From positions 13,838,508 through 13,902,507 of the forward strand of contig NC_068995.1 in NCBI RefSeq assembly GCF_001194135.2: a stretch of DNA of 64,000 bases. Direction: 5' to 3'. The DNA is from Octopus bimaculoides (lineage: Eukaryota). The position numbers were made by a program, and so were the translations under genes. The notes beneath the pieces were generated by a model, which saw only the letters and a program-made list of their open reading frames with translations, did no database searches and was not told where the DNA came from. This document shows positions 24,037 through 35,571 of the stretch, one piece after another; the first letter of the stretch is position 1, and every line of letters starts with the position of its first letter.

Positions 24037-24118
<82 letters not shown>
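24037..24118. repeat. (CT)n microsatellite
   Basis: Direct reading. Confidence 0.97.
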
Positions 24119-24121
<3 letters not shown>

Positions 24122-25172
24122 CATGAGCACTTTTCTGCTAAAATTAGTAAAGGAAATGACTACAAATTAGAAGAATTGAACATTGGAATAATTAAAATTT
24201 TAGGATGTAGTTAGAAATTATTAGCTTATAGGAATTTGATAGCTAGTTTCAGGTGAAAGCTTTCAGTTTAATATAGCTTCCTTCAGCATTATTAATATTA
24301 TAGCTGCATACCTGTGCTGTAGAAATTTGCTTGCTTCAAACAATCTATTCTACGTGTAAAATTTTGGTTACTTGAGACTGTGCTTAAAATCGATCACTAA
24401 GAAATGAGAGCTGAAGCACTTTAGGGGTGAAATCTCGCTTTTTTAATGTAAACTGATACAAAAGGTTAAGCGGCATAAATTCTTACACCTTTTCATTTTA
24501 ACTGATGTTGTTTCTCTGCTCTTCACACATTCCTTTACTGACATCCAGAATGATTGCACTCTATTTATTGTGCAAGCTATTTATAAACCTTCAGCTGTGT
24601 ACAGAGTGCACAATCTTTGATGTCTGCAAAAAAATAAAAAAAATAAAAACATAAGGTATTTCTTGATTAGTAACGCTCTTTCATATTGTAGCTTTTACCC
24701 CTTCCCCCATTTTTTTTAAAATCTCAAATTTTTTTTCAAGAATTTTGGAATCCATAAAAATGAATGTTGTAAGTGCTATTTTCCACTGTCATTTGTATTG
24801 ACATAAGCATTTAAAGTATAGTAGGCTTACCTCGTAGCAGTTGTTATATTATCCAAACAATAATTGGTATATAGTTGTTGTGTAGTAGCATCTCCAAACA
24901 AGATACATGACTCTACTTTGCTTCAGTCTGTGTGGACATTGAATGAGTTTGACCTGTACTTCACTGTTGTGTAATTGGTTATAGGAAGGGCATCTGACTG
25001 CAAAAGGTGTGTGTATGTGTGTGAAAATGTATCTGTCTGTGCTTGAAAAAAAGGAAAATTATCCACCATGATATCAGAATTGAACTAGAATCCAGAGACT
25101 GAAAATTATACATATAGTGTGTTAAGGAAAGTCAGGAATGTCTTCAGCATTCATGCCATTATTTCTCTTTAC

Positions 25173-25350
25173 TAAGGTGGCGAACAGGTAGAATCATTAG
25201 CATACTGGCCAAAATGCTTAATAGCATTTTGTGTCTTTACATTCCGAGTTCAAATGCTGCTGAGGTCAACTTTGCCTTTCATCTTTTTGGAGTCATAAAA
25301 TAAGTACCAGTTGAGCACTAGAGTTGATTGTAATCAACTTATCCCATCAC
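25173..25350 (+). mobile_element. SINE family B
   Basis: AAGGTGGCGAACAGGTAGAATCATTAGC...CCGAGTTCAAATGCTGCTGAGGTCAACTTTGCCTTTCATC. Confidence 0.8.
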
Positions 25351-26721
25351 ACAAAGGGCATAGTAGAAGAAACTTGCCCATGGTGCTGTGTTGTGGGATT
25401 GAACCAAAAACCAGGTGATTGCAAAGTGAGCTTCTTAATTATACAAATCAAATCACATGGGTGAGGCACGAACTAGTTGCAGATGCATTAGATTTGAAAA
25501 CAATCTCAACACTCAATGTGTTGCTATGGATGTTTATGATTTCTATTGTAGAGACATAGTTTTGTAGTCGTGATATTAAGATGTCAATAAAAAGTTGTCG
25601 GTTCGAATATGAACAGGCCTTGTGTTTCTTGTCCGCTTCATATATGTACCCTTTTGTATTAAAACATATCCTGCTTTATTTAAAATGTAAGCATGTGGCA
25701 TCCTTTCATTTTTAGTTTGAACAATAAGCTTATATATGCATTTAACTCATAAAAATGTAACCCGTGTGTGTGTAAATATATATTAGTGATGAAAGTTTCT
25801 GCATTGTGAGAAAAAGTATTATGTGATGATACATGGTATAAATCTAGTTTATACATGTCAACCTGTGTATATCCTTATGTGTATATCTTTACATGTGTAT
25901 GTTTGTGTGTCTGTGTATATATGCATGTATATGTATATTATATATAAGTAACAGTTTGTAAATATCAATCAATGTTGAGATTAAGTCTGAAATCATAACA
26001 CAAAACTGCACATATCCACAAACATCAAAGGCAGTGTTTACTGGAGGTTTAAATTTGATTAAAAGGTGGACTAACACCACAAAATATCAACTTGAAAGTT
26101 GCAGGATTTTGTAGTTGTTGAAGACATCTTTTGCTGAAGCATTCTCTTGTTTTTGTCTATTTTAATTTATTTTTATTGTTGAATAACAGTTATGTTTTGT
26201 GATAGTAATTTATTATTCAGATCAGTGTTGCTTACCAATCCTTCATAAGTTGTGACTTAAAGCAGTCAGTACTTCTCGTTGTTTATGTAAGAGCTCAGCC
26301 AGCACCCTTCCCTGCTGCCAACACTCCTGTCCTGCAGTTTAAGCACAATGATACAATTTGTTCTGTTGGCATTAGTAACTTTTATCGAAGAAACTAAGAA
26401 ATTCAATGCAAGATAATGATGCAGTGAGCAATCTTAACTAATATTTGTATATGTGTAGGTGTATATATTTGTGTACATGTATACACACACAAACATACAT
26501 ACACACGCGTGTATGTATGCATATATATATATATATGTGCATACACACATGTACATGTGTGTATGTGTATAGTTATGTATATGCACAAACACACAGACAA
26601 TGCCTAGCTTTTTCTTTAGCCATATTGACAGTTTACTGAGGATTGTTGTGTACATATCTCTTCTGGACACTAGCATGAAACCGTGGTACAGACATAATTG
26701 TAGGCACTACTCTGTGTGTGT

Positions 26722-27025
26722 GTTTTATCTTGTTTCACTCATTGGACTACAGCCATGCTGGGCCACTGCCTTGAAGCGTGTAGTCAAATCAATCCCAGTG
26801 CTTATTTTTTAAACCTGGCTCTTATTCTATTGGTCTTTTTTTTGCTAAACCACTAAGTTATAGAGACGTAGACAAATCAACATCAGTTGTCAATCAGTGT
26901 TGGGAGGAAAAACAAAGTTACCATTTACCAAGTCCACTCACAAGGAATTTGTCAGCCTGAGGCTATAGCAGAAGACACTTGCCCAAGGTGCCATGCAATG
27001 GGACTGAATCTGGAACCATGGCTGT
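26722..27025 (-). mobile_element. SINE family A (A1)
   Basis: CAGCCATGCTGGGCCACTGCC...CTTATTCTATTGG...GAAGACACTTGCCCAAGGTGCCATGCAATGGGACTGAA. Confidence 0.8.
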
Positions 27026-27061
<36 letters not shown>

Positions 27062-27079
27062 TCTCTCCCTAGAAGACAG

Positions 27080-27172
27080 ACAGTAGCCAGGTGTAGTCTT
27101 CTGCTTGGCCAGCTCCTGTCAAAATATCCAACCCATGCCAGCATGGAAAATGGACGTTAAATTATGATGATA
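27080..27172 (+). mobile_element. Family D 3' tail
   Basis: CCAACCCATGCCAGCATGGAAAATGGACGTTAAATTATGATGAT. Confidence 0.75.
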
Positions 27173-27648
27173 ATATATGTGTGAGAGAAAATTAATACAT
27201 ACTATTTGCACTATAAGACTAATTGTTATAGCAGTGGTTTAATTTTCTGAATTCCTTGTTACAATTCTGGTACTCAATCATTTAAGCAACTCCAGGGAAA
27301 TGAAAAGCAAAATAATTGTGGCAGGATTTGAACTTGCAACTTCCCAATATGAAATAAAATAATCTACATTGGATTAAATTTCTTTGGAAGTACATTTTAG
27401 TAATTCCTAAGGTGGCTGTTGTTTTTCAACATTCTCTGACAGAATAAGACCTATTAATGATGAAAGATGTTAAACCAGGAACATTTCATTTTTGTTTCAA
27501 GCATTGCTTATGTAGGACTACAACATCTGTTGCGTCTTGTTTTTTTCAAGACTGGCAAATATCATTTGAAAGAGGTTTTGCCTCTTATTTCTCGTAAGTT
27601 GGGAAACCACCTAGAGGCACCCTCATTGATTTGTTTGCATGGTTTGAT

Positions 27649-27967
27649 CAGTGGTTCTCAACCATTTTTTTTTTTTTTTGGTCTATGAACTCCTTTGATT
27701 CCTATTACACTCTACTGGACTTCCATAACCATTCGATGTATATTTAAGGAAGAAAAAAAAAAAAAACACCTTCTGTATTTTTGTCATTAAATATTATTAG
27801 GAATTGTATAAAATTAGAATATTTTATTCTTTTACTTGTTTCAGTCATTTGACTGTGGCCATGCTGGGTTTTTTGTTGAAGAAATCAACTGCTGGACTGA
27901 TTCTTTGTAAACCTTAGTACTTATTCTATCTGTCTCTTTTGTCATATGGACCCTGGTTGACAATGCT
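27649..27967 (-). mobile_element. hAT/Charlie-type MITE interrupted by a SINE A tail (27825-27942)
   Basis: TIR CAGTGGTTCTCAACC at 27649; the opposite end CATATGGACCCTGGTTGACAATGC follows the SINE tail; body is the reverse complement of the 30833 MITE. Confidence 0.7.
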
Positions 27968-27984
27968 ACCTAAGCTGTCCTTAG

Positions 27985-28194
27985 CCCTTTACCATTCAGA
28001 TTATTCTGTTAAGTGTAGTGCTTACTTAGTCACATTGCTTCAGATTAATTAAGATTTATCCTGTAGTTTCAAGATTTTGTTGATGTGAAAGCTTATATTT
28101 AGAATGATATTGTAGGTTAAGTATGAAGGGCCAGATGTGGCCACTTTGGACATGAAGCATGTAGAATATTTTGCCCAGATTAAATGCTAAAAGC
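27985..28194 (+). mobile_element. piggyBac-type MITE (family PB1)
   Basis: TTAG|CCCTTTACCATTCAGATT...TAAATGCTAAAAGC|TTAA; collinear with 33503-33719. Confidence 0.75.
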
Positions 28195-28211
28195 TTAAAG
28201 CCAATGAAGAA

Positions 28212-28584
28212 TACTCTTTTACTCTTTTACTTGTTTCAGTCATTTGACTGCGGCCATGCTGGAGCACCACCTTTAGTTGAGCAAATCGACCCCAGGATTT
28301 ATTCTTTGGAAGCCTAGTACTTATTCTATCGGTCTCTTTTGCTGAACCGCTAAGTTACGGGGACGTAAACACACCAGCATCAGTTGTCAAGCAATGTTGC
28401 GGGGGACAAACACAGACACACATACATATATATGACAGGCTTCTTTCAATTTCAGTCTACCAAATCCACTCGCAAGGCTTTGGTCGGCCTGAGGCTATAG
28501 TAGAAGACACTTGCCCAAGTTGCCACGCAGTGGGAATGAACCCAGAACCATGTGGTTGGTAAGCAAGCTACTTACCACACAGCC
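28212..28584 (-). mobile_element. SINE family A (A1), low divergence
   Basis: Almost exact reverse complement of 2317-2696, including the (TTTTAC) tail repeat. Confidence 0.92.
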
Positions 28585-29509
28585 AAAAGCATTCTTTTGT
28601 AATTTGCATGTAGTTTAATTTTGGAGCTGGTGAAGTTATTACCTCCAGGCCAGCTTTTTATGTGCGGTGCGATTAGGCACCAGGCAAGGCTCTTCATATA
28701 AATACATGACCACTGTTTTAATGACCTACTAAAGCTGAGATGAAATATCTTAGTTCTATTGTTCTCTATTAGATCCAGATGTAAAGCCCTGTGCCAAAGT
28801 TCTGTCTGTCTTTATCTTTCTTTCTACAGCCACTATTTGAACAGACTAGACTAGACACTAGTTACGAGAATCTAATTAAAGTGAGCATCAGTGCATACAA
28901 ACTATTTTCTGTTTCTTGTGTTTCTTCGTTCTGCCTTACTGACTGTGGTGATTGCAACAGCGGTAGCAGCAGCAATGGCAACAGTTGTAGCAACACAAAG
29001 ACTTGTTGTTCTGTAGCTGACTGTGAAATAAAAATACCTGAGCAGTAAGGTACTAAGTAAACGAAGACTGGCAAGGTCTGGGGACAGCCAAAGACGTTCT
29101 CTTGGGGCCTGGTGGCTCTGTTGCATCTTCCTGGCCATGTTGTTTCTGCTGCTGACATGTAGAAAAATTCTGTATCTGTTTTTCGTTAGGACATCAGGGC
29201 TCCCTCTTGTTATCTAAACTCCTCATGCAAACATAAGGATTGTTAAGTAAACTGTAGTTTCAAAGGAAACGAGTCCAACATAAAGTAGTGTGTTTTATTT
29301 TTATATTAGAAAACATCTTCTATCATGTTTCTCTGACAATTGCTGAGCTGAAACCTAATATAAAGACTGATATTGATAAGATAAAAATAGGAATGCATTG
29401 AAAATTGTTTGGAATTTTATCTACATAGATATTCACCAGTTTTTTTTTTTTTTTCATTTTATTTCATTTTATTTATTTATTTATTTATTTATTATTATTA
29501 TTTTTTTGC

Positions 29510-29519
29510 NNNNNNNNNN
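29510..29519. other. Short assembly gap (10 N)
   Basis: N run. Confidence 1.
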
Positions 29520-29862
29520 TTATTTTTTTGCCGTATTATGCTTAGTTGCTTATTTTATTGGGAATGTTTTAAACGCACAGAACAATTAATGTTATGCTGC
29601 AATATCGTAAAAAATACTCCTTCAAAAGGATTAAAGCAATGTAATATTTTTGATAAAAATATTATGAAATGTTTTTTTTTTCCTCACCTTTTTGTATTTT
29701 CTCTCCACTTTGTCAAATGGAAAGTTGTTTATTAAGAATATCTTATGTTTAATTGGTTGCTTCTCAGCTTCATACTACTCTCCACTGGTTGTAATAAGCC
29801 AACAAGAGTGCCTTGTATGGTTGGTTGTTCTGTTAGAAATAGCATGCAAAATCCCTCTTGTA

Positions 29863-30085
29863 GGTGCAGGCATGGCTGTGTAGTTAAGAAGCTTGCTTTG
29901 CTACCATATGATTTTGGGGTCAGTCCCACTCTGTGGCACCTTGAACAAGTGTCTTCTATAGCCCTGGGCCAACTAGTCACTTGTAAGTGAATGTAGACAG
30001 AAACCGTGTGTGTGTCTGTGTGTCCATCACCACTTGACAACCAGTGTTGTTTGTTTACATCCTCATAACTTGGTGGTTCAGTGAA
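29863..30085 (+). mobile_element. SINE family A, internally deleted
   Basis: GGTGCAGGCATGGCTGTGTAGTTAAGAAGCTTGC...GTCAGTCCCACTCTGTGGCACCTTG. Confidence 0.8.
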
Positions 30086-30295
30086 AGGTAGTGGATAATT
30101 AAGCAGCAACAACACTAGCTATTCTGTATTGTTAAGTATCCTCTTACATCTTTGAAAGAGTCAGCAGGACATTGAACCTACCGATTCTGCTGTTTTTAGA
30201 ATCTCTTTCAGAATCTCCTTGGGAAGAATTCACAAGATTGATGATTTCTAAATGAACTAATAATTAGCACCAGACTTTAACAGAACAGTAGATAA

Positions 30296-30490
30296 TTATG
30301 GCAAAATTGTTAAAGCATTAGACAAAAATGCCTTGTGATGTTTGTTCTGGGTCTTTACGTTCTGAGTTCAAATTCCACTGACATTAATTCTGTGAATGAT
30401 AATTTTAAAAAAAATTTTTTGTTAGGTCAGTAAAGTACCTGTCAAGTACTGGGGTTGATTTAATCAGCTGACCCCTTCCCTCAAATTTGT
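30296..30490 (+). mobile_element. SINE family B (degenerate)
   Basis: TTTACGTTCTGAGTTCAAATTCCACTGA...GTACTGGGGTTGATTTAATC. Confidence 0.7.
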
Positions 30491-30832
30491 TAGAATTTAT
30501 TATGTACCTGTTTCTTACAGTTGTGAGTTGTACCTGTTTGCAGTGTCTATTCACTGCTTAATGGCCTGAGCCAGCAAGTACTGAGTATCTTGGCTCTATA
30601 GGTACAACGTAATACTGATGACAAGTTCTAGGGGTTGATATCTTGTGTAGTTGTACAAGACTCTTATTAACTAACTTAACATGGTTCCTGTAGAATGTTG
30701 TTTTTGAACTTTGACCGCAGTGTTCAAATGTAATAGTTTTAAACCAGGTGAGGCAGTGGGAACGGAACCTCTATGCTGTTGCTCAGCCTTGAAATTGATC
30801 TCATTTTTACATCTTCATTTTATAATGAAGTG

Positions 30833-31080
30833 CAGTGGTTCTCAACTGGGGTCCACATGGGCTCTGGGGGATCCATATGAGATTTTGTTGTTAAAAGTTA
30901 TGTGCAATAAAATTGGTTATACTTCTACAATATACCAAATATTTTAGCAATTTTTTTTTTTAATAGAGTTCCAAATAATATGTAATTATAAAAATACAAT
31001 AGGACTTTTTAAACATCAAATGGCTGAGTAAAAGACGAATCAAAGGAGTCTATAAGGAAAAATATGGTTGCGAAACATTG
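30833..31080 (+). mobile_element. hAT/Charlie-type MITE followed by a partial tandem duplicate (31081 to about 31157)
   Basis: Left TIR CAGTGGTTCTCAACT, degenerate right TIR GGTTGCGAAACATTG; related pieces at 27649, 44723 and 62921. Confidence 0.75.
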
Positions 31081-32111
31081 CATCTTCATTTTATAATGAA
31101 GTGCAGTGGTCCACATGGCCTCTGGGGATCCATACAAGATTTTGTTAAAAGTTATGTCTAATATTCCTAGAATACCTTTGGTTGTAGGTCTGCTTGGTTA
31201 ATGTTGGTATGGTGCTAAAACATATCAATAGAAATTCTTTTTTTTTTCTTTTTATTTTTTTATTATTTCTCTCCAGCAAATATTTTCCCCTGTATATTTT
31301 GCTCAAATTACACTGGCTTTTCATCTCTAATCCAAAGTCAACAAAATAAGGTTCAAAAAAATAATTAACTGGAGTCATTTCTGTTGACTCTCTCTTTCCT
31401 CTATAAAATTTCTGGCCCGGTGCCAATGCAAGAAATGGTTATTTAGGTTTACTGTTAACAGATTAAAAGAAGCTAATTCATGTCTAAATACGATTGCTCC
31501 AATCAGGTAAATAAAACATATTGGATATGACTGAATCTATGTAATTTGCTGTTGCTACAGGACTTGTTAAAACCCTATTGTATAATAACGAAGCAGTGAG
31601 AATAATTGCTACCGCAATACTTGTAGAGCCAAATAGCCAGTAATTTTCCTAAAGTACTTGTAAACTTTGATTGGTTGGCAAAAGTGTATCATTCGTTAAG
31701 CTAAACAATACCTGTTGGCTAGCTTCCCTCCTTTTGATTATATTTCTCTTACAGACTTTGGCAAACCATGACATCAAATACTTCCAATTGTCATATTTAA
31801 TGGGTTTTTTTTTTTTGTTTTTGAAACTGTTACCTTACTTACCTGACAAGTGATTTATGGTGTAAAACTGGTTATGATATAGGAGGATGTACTGGTTATA
31901 ATTTCAGTTATTTAGTCTTAACTTGAGACAGTTAAGGAACTTTTTTTTCTTGTTTGTTTTGTCTGGGAATCAAATGATCTGCCAAAAAAATTAGGTATTG
32001 ACTTTCCTCTTTGGTATATGATATTAAACTATTTTCCTTGATGACAAAGGCCATCACTAAACTCCTTGAAAATTAGTGATTGCTTTAAACTTTTATGTCA
32101 ATCCTTTAACC

Positions 32112-32409
32112 CAGGGGTTTTCAAACTGTGGTCCGCGGACCACAGGGGGTCCGCAAGGACAAGACAGGGGGTCCGTGGACAGCAAATACTTTTTATGGGC
32201 AATTTGATTTTAAATATGTTTTTTAATTGAAATCTTTTAATTGACAATAAACCTATTTGTTAAATACTGTTAAATAAATAAATGTAAAAATATATGCTAT
32301 TTTAAGCAAATATTTATGTATAAATTTCATAAGCGTTCAATAAGAGGGTCCCTAAGGTAAAGCCTGAAATATAAAGGGGTCCACAAGTCAAAAAGTTTGA
32401 AAACCCCTG
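32112..32409 (+). mobile_element. Intact hAT (Charlie-type) MITE, 298 bp
   Basis: Perfect 16-bp TIRs CAGGGGTTTTCAAACT / AGTTTGAAAACCCCTG and perfect 8-bp TSD CTTTAACC (32104-32111, 32410-32417). Confidence 0.95.
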
Positions 32410-32459
32410 CTTTAACCTGTATATTATCAACTCCTTCAAATCACTATTATATGTTGATG

Positions 32460-32640
32460 TTATTTAGCTTTAGGCCGGTTCTGATCAAGCTGATCTACAG
32501 TCAATAGTATTCCAAATGTGACCATCTTATTTTTTTTCTTCACATTCCTCTTACCTCTTTAAGATGACAAGGTGTAACTTGTGGGAAATTTGGCTGCTAT
32601 TTCTTAATAGGTTGAGCAACTGCTTATAAGCTGCTTTGTT
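32460..32640 (-). mobile_element. Family E element
   Basis: TTTAAGATGACAAGGTGTAAC...GGGAAATTTGGCTGCTATTTC. Confidence 0.65.
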
Positions 32641-33174
32641 GGGTTGTATTTTGTTTAGGGAGAATGTGTTTTAACTTTGTCACTGTAGATTGTCTGGTTT
32701 CAGTTAAATTTAGATATAATAAAGATTTTATAGTTATAGCATAAAATCATAAAATATGTAACCCCCCCACCAACGCACTATAAATCTAGATTTTGGAGTG
32801 ATTTAGTAAAATAGCTGTAAATTTATATATATATTTTTTATATGGGAGTATATTATGTTGGTGCTGATAATTTAACAGTATCATTGCTATTACAAGATTC
32901 TGATGGTGGTTTTAAATTTAACTATAAACATATTACTGTCTGGCAGCTTGGTATTAAAATGGTGAAGTTTTGAATTTCTAGGACAACATAGAAAAAGTCA
33001 CAGTCTGAAATAGTGAAAGAAATGAGTAGAACTAACATATTGGTTGAGGTATGTGACTCTTGCACCAGACAATTTAAAAGAAATCTACATAAGAGGATTT
33101 AAAAAGAGTCAAACTTCAGATACAAATAACAGATTGTCATGCCATGTGCTGTAATGTCTGTTTGTCGTGTTTAA

Positions 33175-33362
33175 CCCTTTAGCATTTAAATTTGCCACAT
33201 TTAGACTAAATATTCTGTTTCAAACTGGCCAGATCCACCATCTCATACCTACCCTGCAATGTCATTCTAAAAATCTACAATACAATTGAAATGCATGATT
33301 AATTCAAAATAATGTGAATAAATAAGCATTATGTTTGACAGAATAATTTGAATGCTAAAAGG
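33175..33362 (-). mobile_element. piggyBac-type MITE (PB1)
   Basis: TTAA (33171-33174) CCCTTTAGCATTT...TGAATGCTAAAAGG TTAA (33363-33366). Confidence 0.85.
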
Positions 33363-33502
33363 TTAAAAGATGGACACTAAAAAAAGTCTTACAATATTGA
33401 TTGGATGGGGCCTACACAAAATTAATATGAAGTAAATATGAAACCCTGAACTCTATGGCCATTTACCTCTCTTAACAATCCCATTATGACAATGAAGATT
33501 AA

Positions 33503-33719
33503 CCCTGCAGCATTCAGATTTGTCTGTCAGATGTAATGCTTAGGTATTCATGTTCTGAATTAATCATGTATGTCTTGTAATTTCAAGATTTCAATGATTT
33601 GATTGTATATTGTTTTGAATGACATTGTAGGAGAGATGTGAGAAGTCAGATCTAGCCAGTTTGAACATAAAGCAGGTAGAATATTTGGGCTGGATATGAC
33701 CAGTTTAAATGTTAAAGGG
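33503..33719 (+). mobile_element. piggyBac-type MITE (PB1)
   Basis: TTAA (33499-33502) CCCTGCAGCATTCAG...TTTAAATGTTAAAGGG TGAA; inverted relative to the 33175 copy. Confidence 0.85.
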
Positions 33720-34654
33720 TGAAGGTTTTTTGGTCACTGTTGTTAACAGAACCTTGACTACAGCTGAAAATTAACACAGTAGTGCCCAAGTTTTTTTTCT
33801 TTAATTTATTACTAAAATTTTTTTTAAAGAGTATGCTATATTTAAGCAAAATTACTTTCAAAGATTTTCTTGACTTTATCGGACAGTTAGAACAATTATT
33901 TATACTATATACAAATATGGATTGGATATAAGTACTTCTTACCAAAGAATTTTTGATTGAATAATAGATGAAACTGGGTGTATTCTTTCCCTTGAGATTT
34001 TCACACTGTACTGAAAACTAAGACATCAGTGGTGCCAGTATACATCAGACAATCCAATCTTGATGACTAACTAAAGATATCTCAGAAAAATACAGGTGTT
34101 GCAGAAATATGATGGATTATCATTCTGGTCCTAAAAAAAAAGGATCATGGGTGCTAATGGGTTTTTAAAAAATTTCACTTTATGTGCAAAATACTGATAT
34201 AAAGTTTGAAAAATTTGCCTGCTGCTAGAACGATCGTGCTTATTCAACATCACTTGTTGGAAGCATTGTAAAAGAAGAAAAGATATTTGTCATTCCTTTG
34301 TCACATTCTCCGTAAAATGTGCGACTCATTTGGAAATCATGTTAGAGCTATAGTTGATCTGAAGTGGGTGTTATAAGATTCAAACGCTTGATGGCTTGAT
34401 ACTCCCTAGCTGCTTGCATTCTTTAACCAGAGTTTTCAACCACATGCATTTATGAATAGACATTCATTTATGCATATGTACATTTGTATATGCATGTGTA
34501 CGCATAACATTATATCACATATAACATTGACATTAAAATGGCTTGTAGTTGTTGTTGCTGTATAGTCCCAGGTTAGTTTGGATCAAGCAAACCTAAATAA
34601 ATAAGCATTAGTCTGAATATGTATTGTTTTTCCTGTTCAATCTATTTCTGTATA

Positions 34655-34820
34655 TATTGTGTTTAACCCCAGGTCATATTTAAATGTCAGTTATGATCAA
34701 AAGTATTCCAGCTATGACTATTTTTTTTAGCCATTATCTATTGTAACTATTTTTCTTAAGTTGGTAGGGTGTGATTTGAAGTATATTTGACTGCTATTTC
34801 TAGCTGTGATCACTTGATCA
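34655..34820 (-). mobile_element. Family E element
   Basis: TTTAACCCCAGGTCA...GATCAAAAGTATTCCAGCTATGAC...GGTAGGGTGTGATTTGA...GACTGCTATTTCTAG. Confidence 0.65.
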
Positions 34821-35225
34821 ATTAGACCTGGCAAGCAAACTTCAAAATTTTACCATACTGATTTAACTTGTGTGTGGCATAGTAACCTGAAGAGAGTGTA
34901 GGAAATGCATGACAGCCACAGTTCCTCTGAATAAAGTCACTCGATCCACTAGAGCTAGCAAACAAACTTTGGAATTCTACTATAAATACATATGTTGGAT
35001 AGTTTGTTTTATTATCAATATTGATATGAGTGTTCCTTTTAAAGGTCAATAAAACAGTAACTTAGTGGTTTAAAAATATAACACAATGTGTTAGGGAATG
35101 TTATAAACCTTCTTATTACCTACTTTAACTAATGTTGTTTGTTTTGGTATGATCACAGTTAACTTAACATATAAAACTTGTGTTAAAAATTCTTAATTTT
35201 TACAACTAAATAAATATTAATGTTG

Positions 35226-35571
35226 GTGAAGGAGTTTGGTTCTCAACCACTTGGTTTCAGGTTCAGTTCCACTGTATGGTATCGAGTGCAAGTGTCTTCT
35301 ACCATAGCTCTGGGTTGACCAAAGCCTTGTGAGTGGATTTGGAGGTGAAAGCTGAAAGAAGCCTGCCATGTGTGTGTGTGTCTTTGTCTTGACATCACAT
35401 AATTGTCGTAAATGAATGTCATTCATTTCCAATATGTTGCAAAAACATGTCTGGCCATGGGGAAATATTACCTTGCTTTGAGACAAGAATGGCATTGGCT
35501 GTAGGGGGTCTGCCTCAGTATATCTATCTAGCCCATGTAAACATGGAAAAGTGGCCATTAAAACAATGATG
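35226..35571 (+). mobile_element. SINE family A with A2 tail
   Basis: A core GACCAAAGCCTTGTGAGTGGATTTGG...GAAAGAAGCC then AACATGTCTGGCCATGGGGAAATATTACCTTGC...CATGGAAAAGTGG. Confidence 0.85.

Noticed and set aside
24550-24615. Imperfect stem (GATTGCACTCT / AGAGTGCACAATC) suggesting a pre-miRNA
   Set aside because: Paired region of about 11 bp with a loop of about 40 nt does not fit pre-miRNA geometry; no match to a miRNA I recognise.
28791-29048. Cys/Ser-rich 85-aa ORF resembling a small secreted or metal-binding peptide
   Set aside because: Starts at a GTG inside a pyrimidine tract and owes its composition to AGC/AAC repeats; kept only as a possible non-coding exon.
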